Assembly: GCA_963663765.2 (NCBI GenBank)
Contig: CAXXUA010000003.1
Location: 416,001-480,000 of the forward strand
DNA: 64,000 nt
Origin: Candidatus Poribacteria bacterium
GTDB taxonomy: Bacteria; Poribacteria; WGA-4E; WGA-3G
Direction of reading: 5' to 3'
The notes beneath the pieces are model-generated. The model saw only the letters and a program-made list of their open reading frames with translations, ran no database searches and was not told where the DNA came from. This document shows positions 53,696 through 63,882 of the stretch, in pieces. Position 1 is the stretch's first letter, and each line of letters begins with the position of its first letter. A program made the position numbers and the translations under genes.

Positions 53696-54457
53696 ATGAA
53701 TGAAAATGAAAATATCACAAATGATCCAATTATTGTATGTGAAGATGTACACAAATGGTTTGACGATTTCCATGTCCTCAAAGGGATTACAACGTCTTTC
53801 AAAAAAGGTGAGAAAGCGGTGATCTGCGGTCCGTCTGGTTCAGGGAAATCCACATTTATCCGAACAATCAATCGGCTTGAAGAACATCAACGCGGGACAA
53901 TTATTGTTGATGGTATTGAACTCAGCAACGATCTTCGAAATATCAACCTAATCCGTCAAGAAGTCGGGATGGTGTTCCAACAGTTCAACCTATTTCCACA
54001 CTTGTCAAATTTACAGAATATAACGTTGGGTCCAATCCGGGTTCGGAAAATGACGAAAAGTGACGCGGAGGAAGCAGCTTTAGCATTATTAGATCGAATG
54101 GGTATTGAAGATCAAGCGTATAAGTACCCCGCAGAAATTTCGGGTGGACAACAGCAACGTGTTGCAATCGCAAGAGCCTTAGCGATGGAGCCAAAAATCA
54201 TGCTCTTTGATGAACCGACAAGTGCACTTGACCCTGAGATGATTTCAGAGGTGTTAGATGTGATGCGTGAACTTGCACGTTCAGGGATGACGATGCTTGT
54301 TGTCACACACGAGATGGGATTCGCGCGGGAAGTTGCGGATCGGGTGATGTTCTTTGATGAAGGTGTAGTCGTGGAGGAAGCAGCACCCGTCGATTTCTTT
54401 GACAACCCACAGCACGACCGCACAAAACTTTTCATTTCGCAAACACTGCAGCATTAG
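53696..54457 (+). CDS. aapP: Amino-acid ABC ATP-binding protein
   Basis: [21 protein letters not shown] and [12 protein letters not shown] motifs. Confidence 0.93.
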   Translation: MNENENITNDPIIVCEDVHKWFDDFHVLKGITTSFKKGEKAVICGPSGSGKSTFIRTINRLEEHQRGTIIVDGIELSNDLRNINLIRQEVGMVFQQFNLFPHLSNLQNITLGPIRVRKMTKSDAEEAALALLDRMGIEDQAYKYPAEISGGQQQRVAIARALAMEPKIMLFDEPTSALDPEMISEVLDVMRELARSGMTMLVVTHEMGFAREVADRVMFFDEGVVVEEAAPVDFFDNPQHDRTKLFISQTLQH

Positions 54458-54483
54458 TGATTTTACGATAGAATGTACTACCT

Positions 54484-54732
54484 ATGAAAGCAGAATACAA
54501 CTTATTAAAAGGGCAGCGCAGCAGATTCTACAATGCTGATGCTGTTTTCAGAACTCCTATCTATCTTGATAAAGATGTTGATGAGTTTATACAACATCTT
54601 GCTGACGTTAAGGAAAAAGATGTTGGCGAATTGGTTAATGAACTACTACGGCACAACATGCAGTTGATACAAAGCATCCGATTAGATTATGTACGTTACT
54701 ACCTAGTGGTTTCACCACGCAGCCTGCAATAG
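54484..54732 (+). CDS. BrnA-like antitoxin, no adjacent toxin
   Basis: MKAEYN..RFY..PIYLDKDV..LVNELLR. Confidence 0.5.
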   Translation: MKAEYNLLKGQRSRFYNADAVFRTPIYLDKDVDEFIQHLADVKEKDVGELVNELLRHNMQLIQSIRLDYVRYYLVVSPRSLQ

Positions 54733-55068
54733 CATAATCGGAATCGTTTCTGTAATCGACGGTGTATAAGATGAGAGTAATAACACATCACTCACTGGTG
54801 GACGTTGTAGAACATCTATCACAATATCTTGGAGATCATCCGATAATTCCAATAAACCTGTGAGTGGAAAAGTACGAGGTCCCATATCGGTTTTTTGGGC
54901 AAGTACAGAGTATTCCAGAAAAGTCATCCCAACAGCTTTGCGATCTTGTTTATTTAGTCTGAGCAAAATGTGAGGAGTTAATTCTATACCAGTTGCATTC
55001 TCACCTGGGGCAAATGAGATATAAAGTGTATTACTTACTTCGTCGTAGTTGAAAATTGGGGGTGTCAT
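54712..55068 (-). CDS. DUF2283-like antitoxin
   Basis: FNYDEVSNTLYISF..ILLRL..AVGMTF. Confidence 0.7.
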   Translation of the reverse strand: MTPPIFNYDEVSNTLYISFAPGENATGIELTPHILLRLNKQDRKAVGMTFLEYSVLAQKTDMGPRTFPLTGLLELSDDLQDIVIDVLQRPPVSDVLLLSSYTPSITETIPIMLLQAAW

Positions 55069-55074
55069 ATCATT

Positions 55075-55407
55075 TTACCCTATCTGTTTTTGGAATGCCA
55101 CGACAATGTAGTTATTTGACAGTGGCTTACCTTCCGAATCTTCACGAAAACGGAACAGAACAATTGCCACTATATGAGTATTATATTCAGGCAAATCATT
55201 AAAGGAATTTACATAACGGTATTTTTGTGGATTCAATGTATCTTGCGATCTTCTTCCGAAACGAATTGTCAACTTTAGGTGTTCTTCATAATTGATCATT
55301 TCTGAATGGTTTGTTGAGTTAGTAATGTGCTGCCAACGTTCATGTGTGAGATAAATCTCATTTCTATATCGGTCATACATTGTCCAACGGATACCAATTG
55401 ATTTCAT
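55075..55407 (-). CDS. Putative RNase toxin partner of DUF2283
   Basis: IYLTHERWQHI..HSEM..IVVAF; in an operon with DUF2283. Confidence 0.6.
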   Translation of the reverse strand: MKSIGIRWTMYDRYRNEIYLTHERWQHITNSTNHSEMINYEEHLKLTIRFGRRSQDTLNPQKYRYVNSFNDLPEYNTHIVAIVLFRFREDSEGKPLSNNYIVVAFQKQIG

Positions 55408-55494
55408 TATTTCCTCTTGAGTTGCTTAGGAAGTACTCACTTCAATTCACTATTTATTATAACATCATAAACAGAAATAATGATAGGAAAAACA

Positions 55495-55841
55495 CAGGGT
55501 TATTCAGTTTTAAGAATCTATCGTTATACCAGTTAACTTTGGGTTAAGATTAGTAATTATATAGGATTTTTATGGTATTCTTGATTTTGGTCTGAACTAG
55601 GATTTTCAGGATTAGCAGATTTTCAGGATTTACCTCATCAAGGGTTTTTGATATGCGTTTATGCTCTCTTTTGGAATAGGATTTGATAAGAAATATCTTG
55701 ATAATCTGCTAATCCTGAAAATCCTGGTTCAGACAAAGAATGGGTTAACACCCAAAAATAAGCTAACTCAAGGATTAACAACTGTGATAGGACTTACTCA
55801 ATAAATTGAAAACTGAATTACCCTGAAACTGAATTACCCTG
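55495..55841. mobile_element. MITE with variant ISAs1-type TIRs and inverted 9-mer-repeat arms
   Basis: CAGGGTTATTCAGTTTT...AAAACTGAATTACCCTG (end duplicated); GGATTTTCA arms 55588-55736. Confidence 0.7.
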
Positions 55842-55842
55842 A

Positions 55843-55871
55843 TTGACAACTCTCGTCATAAGTGTTATCAT
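55843..55871 (+). promoter_or_regulatory. Sigma70-like promoter upstream of the WD40 gene
   Basis: TTGACA-17 nt-TATCAT. Confidence 0.55.
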
Positions 55872-56049
55872 TATAAGTGTTATCATTACCACAACAAAAA
55901 TATGATGCAGCGTGGTTCAGAGGATATCCGCTAATTCTTGCATCATTATTTAACCAATACCCTCTAAAAATGCTGATAATTACATCATTTTCATGATATT
56001 TCTTGATTATATCAAGAAAACTGCGTAAGTCCTGTGGAGTTATAAATCA

Positions 56050-58131
56050 ATGAAGACGAAGCATATATTTTACATTCTATTTTTTTCTTTTTCCTTGATA
56101 AATCATCCTGTTTTCGCACAAACAAAAATAATGAGAAGTATACCCGATGGAGCCATAGCACGTCTCGGTAAAGGTGGTATCAATGTCATGCGATTTTCAC
56201 CTGATGGAATGCATCTTGCTGTTGGAACCGATATCGGTGTCCGACTGTATAATGTTGCGACAAAAGAAGAAATATCACTCCCCAACAGAATCGTAGGGCA
56301 GATCAACACTTTAGCCTTTTCAAAGGATGGAAGTATACTTGCTTGTGGTGGTTATTTAAACCCTATTATTCAGCTTTGGCATGTAGAGAACAGAAATGAA
56401 CTACCTTCATTACCATCATCAAAACCCAAAACTTATGTTGACTTGGAACATTTTCCCATACATTCAGTGATCGCATTAGCTTTCTCAGAGAACGGAAGAA
56501 CACTTATTGGTGTAGATTATGAAGGACGATTTACCTACTGGGATATTAACTCACAAAAGATTGAATCAGAGCAGCAAAAATATACTATATGTGATATAAA
56601 CGCATCTGCCTTGTCTCACGATGGACACACCTTCATTACAGGCAGAGAAAATGGTGAAATCTCAATATGGAATACAGAGTCAGGGAACAGAGACGCAATT
56701 ATCAAAGGACATAAACCGCGATTTCGTTGGTCCAAACGAAACCCAAGAATACGCGCATTAACTTTCTCACCAGATGGATCCGCTTTCGCAAGTGGAAGTA
56801 AAGACATGACTGTGTGTTTATGGGATACGAAACGTCGTAGTAAGAAAGCAACATTGAAAGGTCATAATGCATGGGTCACGACAATTGCTTTTTCACAAAA
56901 TAGTCATACTGTTGCAAGTGGGGATTCGGATGGAGATATCAGAATTTGGGATACCCAAAGAAAACGTTTAAAGACAAAACTTGATAGTCATACAAATAGT
57001 ATCCTTACGCTTGCATTCTCGCCAGATGGGAAAACATTTGCAAGTGGCAGTGCAGATGGAACAATAAAACTATGGGATCCATCTACATGGCAAGAACACA
57101 CCACTTTGGATACTGATTATGCAGAGTGGGTAAGATCTATTGCTTTCTCATCAGATAATACAACGGTTTCAACCGCAATGTTTAACAACACAGTCCAAAT
57201 ATATGATGCTAACACTGGTGACAAACTTAAGGAATTCGCTGATGCAAATCAGAAATTAACACATTCAGTTGTTCTATCACCTGAAGCGACACACCTCGTT
57301 TGTCATCCAGTACAAGGCAATATTGTTTTTAATGCAGAACAAGAGTGGCATACTGAATACCACTATGAAGGACATGAGAAAATTCAGATTTGGAACCTTG
57401 AAACCAGTCAAGAACTCCCACCACTCATCAATGCTTATGGTAGTATAGTATTTTCTCCTGATAACGAAACTGTTGCTTGTGGTTCCGCTGAAGGGATTAA
57501 AATATGGTGGTCTGGAGTTCCTTCAGGAACTTATACGTATGGACTCTTTGGAATGGATGTTTGGAATGTGAGAACTGGTCAGAAAAGGAAACACTTACCT
57601 TCAATTAATAGAGCTATTGCATTCTCACCAGATGGCACTAAACTTGTTACAAAAGATAAAAAATCTTTTGAGACGCTTATTTGGGATGTAGAGTCATCTG
57701 ATATATTCCTCACACTTAACAAAAGTGCAGAAGCCGCGGCTTTTTCACCCGATGGTACCATCCTTGCAACAAGAAAGTCTTTGTCTTTTGAGATACTTTT
57801 ATGGGATACTGAAACGGGGGAGATGTTACGTAAAATTCGACCCGAAGGGTATAATACGGTGAATGGGATGGCTATGACCTTCTCTCCTGATGGATCTATG
57901 CTCCTCGTTTCAAAAGGCTCACCTGTTATGCAATTTCCATCTGATTTCATTGAAATCATTGATGTGGTTACTGACGAAACGCTTCTCTCTCTTCCTGGGC
58001 ATACAGAACCTATTGAAACCTTGGTATTCTCACATGATGGAAAAATCTTAGCAAGTGGGTCTAAGGATGGCACAGTGCTGTTGTGGAACTGGAAGAAAAT
58101 CTTAGCAAAAATCAAACCTGATGATAGGTAG
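56050..58131 (+). CDS. Secreted WD40-repeat protein
   Basis: Signal peptide; PDGAIARLGKG start shared with the 26831 paralog; GH..WD repeats. Confidence 0.9.
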   Translation: MKTKHIFYILFFSFSLINHPVFAQTKIMRSIPDGAIARLGKGGINVMRFSPDGMHLAVGTDIGVRLYNVATKEEISLPNRIVGQINTLAFSKDGSILACGGYLNPIIQLWHVENRNELPSLPSSKPKTYVDLEHFPIHSVIALAFSENGRTLIGVDYEGRFTYWDINSQKIESEQQKYTICDINASALSHDGHTFITGRENGEISIWNTESGNRDAIIKGHKPRFRWSKRNPRIRALTFSPDGSAFASGSKDMTVCLWDTKRRSKKATLKGHNAWVTTIAFSQNSHTVASGDSDGDIRIWDTQRKRLKTKLDSHTNSILTLAFSPDGKTFASGSADGTIKLWDPSTWQEHTTLDTDYAEWVRSIAFSSDNTTVSTAMFNNTVQIYDANTGDKLKEFADANQKLTHSVVLSPEATHLVCHPVQGNIVFNAEQEWHTEYHYEGHEKIQIWNLETSQELPPLINAYGSIVFSPDNETVACGSAEGIKIWWSGVPSGTYTYGLFGMDVWNVRTGQKRKHLPSINRAIAFSPDGTKLVTKDKKSFETLIWDVESSDIFLTLNKSAEAAAFSPDGTILATRKSLSFEILLWDTETGEMLRKIRPEGYNTVNGMAMTFSPDGSMLLVSKGSPVMQFPSDFIEIIDVVTDETLLSLPGHTEPIETLVFSHDGKILASGSKDGTVLLWNWKKILAKIKPDDR

Positions 58132-58142
58132 GAAAAAGACAG

Positions 58143-58901
58143 ATGCGGTTAAAGGATAAAGTCGCAATTGTCACAGGTGCAGGACGCGGAATTGGTAGAG
58201 CAATCGCAATGCGGTTTGCTGAGGAAGGTGCTAAAGTTGTCGTTGATGACGTTGACGATACCATCGGTAACTCCACTGTCGCTGATATTACCGATACTGG
58301 TGGCGAAGCACTTTTTATCAACGCTGATGTTTCAAATGCCACAGATGCTGAAACACTTATAACAAAAACTGCTGATACATACGGAACAGTTGACATACTT
58401 GTAAATAACGCTATCTGTTCCACAAAAGACGTATTGAATAACAACTGGGAAGCCAACTTAGCTGTCGCACTTCAAGGCACAAGCCAATGCATTAACGCAG
58501 TGATACCTATCATGCAACAAGCCGGTGTCGGGAGCATCGTCAACATTGCATCGGTCAACGGTCTTATTGGATTGCAAGGTATTCATGCCTATTCTGCTGC
58601 AAAGGGTGGTGTAATTGCGTTGACACGGTCTATGGCAGTCGCACACGGCAAAGATAACATCCGTATCAACTGTATCTGCCCTGGCACCGTGCAGACTGAA
58701 GTCTGGGAACCAATGATCCAACGCAATCCGAATATCATTGACGAAATCACGCCTTGGTATCCATTGGGACGTATCGGAAAGCCTATTGACATTGCCAATG
58801 CCGCGCTGTTCCTTGCATCCGATGAGGCGAGTTTTGCGACTGGTGCGGTTTTTGTGATTGATGGAGGATTAACTGCGGGTAATCACCAGTTCCCGATTTG
58901 A
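58143..58901 (+). CDS. SDR family oxidoreductase
   Basis: TGAGRGIG, NNA and YSAAK motifs. Confidence 0.93.
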   Translation: MRLKDKVAIVTGAGRGIGRAIAMRFAEEGAKVVVDDVDDTIGNSTVADITDTGGEALFINADVSNATDAETLITKTADTYGTVDILVNNAICSTKDVLNNNWEANLAVALQGTSQCINAVIPIMQQAGVGSIVNIASVNGLIGLQGIHAYSAAKGGVIALTRSMAVAHGKDNIRINCICPGTVQTEVWEPMIQRNPNIIDEITPWYPLGRIGKPIDIANAALFLASDEASFATGAVFVIDGGLTAGNHQFPI

Positions 58902-59175
58902 ACTATCATAGACGTATACGATTTTAATTGTGCAGGACTTACGTAGTTTTCATGATTTGATGAAGAATTATGACGAAAATGGTGTAATTTTCAGCATTTT
59001 TTCGGTTTCCAGCGCCAAATCAACGGTATGAATGCCTTTTGGCATTCCCCGCCTACAAAGCACCAAATCAACGGTATGAATGCCATTTAGGCATTCACCG
59101 CCTACCGTTGGGTGCGTAAGTCCTGTTGTGGATACAATTCTTATTGCAGCATCAGATCATAAGGAGAAAAACCTG

Positions 59176-60027
59176 ATGGTAACACAACAACAGATTGACT
59201 TTTTCCAAGAAAATGGATACCTCAAATACGGTAAAGTATTAGATAGTGATGGTGTAGAAACCATGCGCGATGGATTAGACACCATCATAGAATTGGAACT
59301 CAACGAAGGTGACGACTCTTCACCGGAATTCAAGTATGGACATGACCGCAAAGGTGAACAACTCAATAGAGGTAGAGGACACCCGCGTGCTATACATCAA
59401 TTTGTTAATATGTGGAAACGTGAACCCAGTTATGAAGCAGCCATACACAATTCCCTGATTGCTGGTGCAGCCCGCGCTCTGTTGGACACACCAGAAGTCA
59501 GACTCTGGCATGATCAGGTTATATCCAAACCCCCAAAAGATAACGGACACTTCGGTTTTCATCATGATTTTTTCTTCTGGCCCCTCAGTCCACCCAACAT
59601 AGTCAGTTGTTGGCTTGCATTGGATGATGCAACGGTGGAAAATGGTTGTATGCACGTTATGCCAAAAAGCCACAAGGATGAACGTTTCTCGGTGAAAGCA
59701 AAAGCAGCGTTTGATGCAGAAACAGTAAAAGCACGGGAAGAAGGTCGTGAACCACCACCAAACCCATGGGCAGAAAGACGCAGTTTAGACATCAGCCACG
59801 GTATCCCTGTGGAGTTGAAAGCAGGAGAGTGCATGTTTCATCACTGCCTAAACTGGCACGGTACACCGCCAAATGTCACTGACCGTCAACGTCGAGCGTT
59901 TGTCATGATCTTCATGGCACAAGACGTTTGCTATAACAATGCACAATCTTCAGGACACGTCCTTGTTCCAACAATTGAGGTAAAAGATGGAGAACCACTT
60001 GTAGGAGATGCGTTCCCAGTAGCATAA
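59176..60027 (+). CDS. Phytanoyl-CoA dioxygenase (PhyH) family protein
   Basis: HHD, WLALDDATVENGCM, HG..N..RRA motifs; AAGGAG SD. Confidence 0.9.
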   Translation: MVTQQQIDFFQENGYLKYGKVLDSDGVETMRDGLDTIIELELNEGDDSSPEFKYGHDRKGEQLNRGRGHPRAIHQFVNMWKREPSYEAAIHNSLIAGAARALLDTPEVRLWHDQVISKPPKDNGHFGFHHDFFFWPLSPPNIVSCWLALDDATVENGCMHVMPKSHKDERFSVKAKAAFDAETVKAREEGREPPPNPWAERRSLDISHGIPVELKAGECMFHHCLNWHGTPPNVTDRQRRAFVMIFMAQDVCYNNAQSSGHVLVPTIEVKDGEPLVGDAFPVA

Positions 60028-60045
60028 CAAGGTTTGGATACAAAG

Positions 60046-61233
60046 ATGCAAGATTCAACGTTTATTAAAAGAGTCATTCTCAAAAACTATAAGAGTATAG
60101 CTGCGTGTGATGTGCAGTTGCAGCCGTTGACATTTCTTGTTGGTCGCAATGGGTCGGGGAAAAGCAATTTCCTTGATGCGTTGCGTTTTGTTGCTGATGC
60201 ATTAAATTCCTCACTTGATCATGCAATACGTGATCGTGGTGGTATCAATGATGTCCGCCGTCGTTCTCGCGGACATCCAAACCATTTCAGTATTAGACTT
60301 GAATTCGTTTTATCTGATGGTTCAACGGGACATTATGCTTTCCGCATTGGAACAAGTTCACAAAGAGGTTACGAGGTGCAAAAAGAACAGTGTAAACTGC
60401 ATTCTGATTTATACTATCATATTGATAAAGGAAATGTGACGCGTACGAGTGTGAAGGTTGCACCGGCTGCTGCACCTGATAGACTCTACTTGGTAAATGC
60501 TTCCGGTCTACCCGAATTCCGACCTATCTATGATGCGTTCTCTCAGATGGGGTTTTACAATCTCAATCCTAATAAAATCCGCGATCTTCAATTACACGAT
60601 AATACGGACATGCTTCTGCAAGATGGAAGCAACCTTACGAATGTCTTCTCAAAACTGTCACCCATTGTGAAACAGGACATTGAGGAATACCTTTCAATAA
60701 TCGTACCTGGTGTTCGTGGTGTAGAAGTAGAAAAGGTGGGGGACAAGGAGATATTAGTGTTTAGACAGGATGTTGTAGGAGACAAACACCCCTGCCGATT
60801 TCATGTAAACAATATGTCTGATGGCACACTGCGATTGTTGGGAATTTTGGTGGCACTCTCTCAGAATAAACGTAATACGCAAAAGCATGTCTCACTTATA
60901 GGAATTGAAAAACCAGAGATAGCAATGTATCCTGCAATGGTAGGCGCGTTACTTGATGAATTTCAGAACGCTGCCTACAACACGCAAGTTATCGTAACTA
61001 CTCATAGTCCAGACTTACTTGATGAAAAGAGTCTTGATGTAGATTCAATTCTCGTTGCAGAAGTACATAATGGAAATACAATTGTTGCACCCGTGGATGA
61101 TGTATGCAGATCGGTGGTACATGACAAGATGTTTACAGTAGGCGATCTATTACGTAGAGATCAATTGGAACCTGACATGGAATTTATTTCTTCTACCGAA
61201 AAAGCAAAACAACTCAGTCTATTCAATTTTTAG
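60046..61233 (+). CDS. AAA_21/ABC-type ATPase
   Basis: GRNGSGKSN, MSDGTLR, IEKPE and TTHSP motifs. Confidence 0.88.
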   Translation: MQDSTFIKRVILKNYKSIAACDVQLQPLTFLVGRNGSGKSNFLDALRFVADALNSSLDHAIRDRGGINDVRRRSRGHPNHFSIRLEFVLSDGSTGHYAFRIGTSSQRGYEVQKEQCKLHSDLYYHIDKGNVTRTSVKVAPAAAPDRLYLVNASGLPEFRPIYDAFSQMGFYNLNPNKIRDLQLHDNTDMLLQDGSNLTNVFSKLSPIVKQDIEEYLSIIVPGVRGVEVEKVGDKEILVFRQDVVGDKHPCRFHVNNMSDGTLRLLGILVALSQNKRNTQKHVSLIGIEKPEIAMYPAMVGALLDEFQNAAYNTQVIVTTHSPDLLDEKSLDVDSILVAEVHNGNTIVAPVDDVCRSVVHDKMFTVGDLLRRDQLEPDMEFISSTEKAKQLSLFNF

Positions 61234-61272
61234 GGAAGATCCAAGTAAAAAAGGAACATAGGAAAAGCGTAG

Positions 61273-61890
61273 ATGCCCCTCAAAATTGGTTGTATTGTGG
61301 AAGGACAAGGTGATGTGACAGCCGTGCCAGTCCTGATTCGACGTATTGCAGCGGAACGTTATCCTGAAATAGCAATTCATATACCTCGGCCAATCCGTGT
61401 CAATAGAGCTCAAGTTGTTCTACCAGATCAACTTGAACAAGAAGTTGAATTAGCTGCCCAAAGAATTGGTAGAAATGGTGCAATCTTTATTATCCTTGAC
61501 AGTGACGATGACTGTCCAGCACAATTAGGTCCAGCACTCCTATATCGTGCATCACAAGTCCGTGACAATTTACCAATCGCTGTTGTGCTCGCAAAACGTG
61601 AACTTGAGACATGGTTTCTTGCTGCAGCTGAGTCACTTCGCGGGATAAGAGGATTAAAAAGTGATATTGAACCACCAAACGATCCAGAGGCTATCCGTGG
61701 CGCGAAAGAATGGTTACATAATCGAATGCAAAAAGGTAAAACGTATAGCCCAAGGCGCGACCAACCCGCACTCGCAGCACTATTTGACTTTGAACAAGCG
61801 CGACAAACAGATTCTTTTGATAAATGCTACCGCGACATCGTTCGTCTCCTTGAAGAATTGCAAACAGTCAATGACTCAACAACTGAATAA
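61273..61890 (+). CDS. DUF4276 (TOPRIM-like) protein
   Basis: IVEGQGD, ILDSDDDCPA, RELETWFLA and DSFDK motifs. Confidence 0.85.
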   Translation: MPLKIGCIVEGQGDVTAVPVLIRRIAAERYPEIAIHIPRPIRVNRAQVVLPDQLEQEVELAAQRIGRNGAIFIILDSDDDCPAQLGPALLYRASQVRDNLPIAVVLAKRELETWFLAAAESLRGIRGLKSDIEPPNDPEAIRGAKEWLHNRMQKGKTYSPRRDQPALAALFDFEQARQTDSFDKCYRDIVRLLEELQTVNDSTTE

Positions 61891-62433
61891 ACGTAAAGAT
61901 ACGACTTGTGCCAGTTAACCCATTGTTTTCAAAGTTTTTACATATATTAGGTTTATAATGCACACATATCGTCCCTACGGGACTAAAGAGGATGTAGTAT
62001 GACATTTTTCTATAAACATATCGTCCCTACGGGACTGAAGAGGATGTAGTATAACGTTTTTCTACAGGACTTACGCAGTTTTCATGATTTAATCAAGAAT
62101 TGTGATGAAAATGATGTAATTTTCAGCATTTTTTAGGTTTCCGGCGCGCTTACAAAGCACCAAATCAAGAAATCAACGGTATGAATGCCTTTTGGCATTC
62201 CCTGGGTATGAATCATGGAGCATGCCATACGCGCATGCTTCTTTAGGCATTCACCGCCTACCGTTTGGTGCGTAAGTGCTGATGTGTTTCCATTGTAAGT
62301 TTATAATGCACAAACTAAAAGTTTGTGCTACAAAAAGAGGCATTATATATTAGTAACGGTATTATTTAGCACAACTCGTTAAAGATATAAAATCTATTGC
62401 ATCTAATTAACCAACAAAAATGGAGGATTTAAA

Positions 62434-63837
62434 GTGGAAAACAAACCAAATGTCATATTTGTTCTAACAGACGACCAAGGCCCTTGGGCAATGGGTTGTA
62501 GTGGTAACGACGAACTCCGCACTCCCTTTATTGACCAACTTGCTGCTGAAGGCACCCGCTTTCCCAATTTCTTCTGCACGAGTCCTGTCTGTTCCCCCGC
62601 TCGCGCAAGCCTCATGACTGGACGTATCCCCTCAGCACACGGTGTACACGACTGGATTCGTGATGGAAACATGCCACCCGACCCCTCACGATACCTTGAA
62701 GGATTAACATGCTATAGCGATGTACTTGCAGAAAACAATTACACCGTGGGATTGAGTGGTAAGTGGCATCTCGGTGATAGCGTGTCACCACAGCACGGAT
62801 TCAGTCACTGGTTTGCTTTACCTACAGGGGGCAGCAAATACAACGATGCTAACATGATCCGTGATGGAAAGGTGGAGATGCAGCCTGGTTATCTCACCGA
62901 TATCATCACAGATGATGCCTTAGAGTTTATCTCTGCTAATAAAGACGGACCTTTCTATCTCAGCGTCAACTACAACGCACCACATACACCGTTTAATGGA
63001 CACCCACAAGACATCGTAGATTCTTATGATGATTGTCCATTCAAAACATGTCCACAAGAGGCGTTACATCCATGGGCAGTGCAAGGTGCAGCAGCACACA
63101 TGGGTAATCGCGAGTCGTTGAAGGGTTATTTCGCTGCAATAACAGCACTTGATCTCAACGTCGGACGCATCTTAGATCGACTTGGGGAATTAGGTATCCG
63201 AGAAAATACCCTTGTTGTCTTTAGCAGTGATAACGGTTACTCTTGCGGACATAACGGTTTCTGGCACAAAGGTAACGGGACGTTCCCTCTGAATATGTAT
63301 GAAAACTCCGTGAAAGTTCCCTTTGTCATTAGCCAACCCGGAAGGATACCTGAAGGCCACGTCAGCGAAGCAATGGTAAGTCAATATGATTTCATGCCTA
63401 CACTTCTGGACTATCTCGGTTTACCCGATCCAAATGATGATATGTCCCCTGGCAAAAGTTTTGTGCCAGCACTCACAGGTGAAACAAACGATGCACAGGA
63501 ACAGATCGTAGTTTTTGATGAATACGGTCCTGTCCGAATGATCCGCACACAAGAGTGGAAATATGTTCACCGCTATCCCTACGGTCCGCACGAACTCTAT
63601 AATTTGAAGAAAGACCGGAAGGAACGCAATAATCTGGTAGGGAACAATGATCACAATGCACTAATTTCTGAGATGCGCAGTCAAATGGGGGCATGGTTTG
63701 AACGATATGTCGTTCCCGAATTGGATGGCGCAAGATGTTCGGTAACAGGCGGTGGACAAGCAGCTAAAATAGAGGATGGACAATACGGTGAAGATTCGTT
63801 CCATCCAAGATACGCTGCACCCCGACGTAATGTGTAG
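62434..63837 (+). CDS. Formylglycine-dependent sulfatase
   Basis: PNVIFVLTDD, CSPARASLMTG, GKWHLG and SDNG motifs. Confidence 0.93.
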   Translation: MENKPNVIFVLTDDQGPWAMGCSGNDELRTPFIDQLAAEGTRFPNFFCTSPVCSPARASLMTGRIPSAHGVHDWIRDGNMPPDPSRYLEGLTCYSDVLAENNYTVGLSGKWHLGDSVSPQHGFSHWFALPTGGSKYNDANMIRDGKVEMQPGYLTDIITDDALEFISANKDGPFYLSVNYNAPHTPFNGHPQDIVDSYDDCPFKTCPQEALHPWAVQGAAAHMGNRESLKGYFAAITALDLNVGRILDRLGELGIRENTLVVFSSDNGYSCGHNGFWHKGNGTFPLNMYENSVKVPFVISQPGRIPEGHVSEAMVSQYDFMPTLLDYLGLPDPNDDMSPGKSFVPALTGETNDAQEQIVVFDEYGPVRMIRTQEWKYVHRYPYGPHELYNLKKDRKERNNLVGNNDHNALISEMRSQMGAWFERYVVPELDGARCSVTGGGQAAKIEDGQYGEDSFHPRYAAPRRNV

Positions 63838-63882
63838 TTGACCTATTCATTGTTGATTTGGTAATTTCAAATGGGAGAAGGC

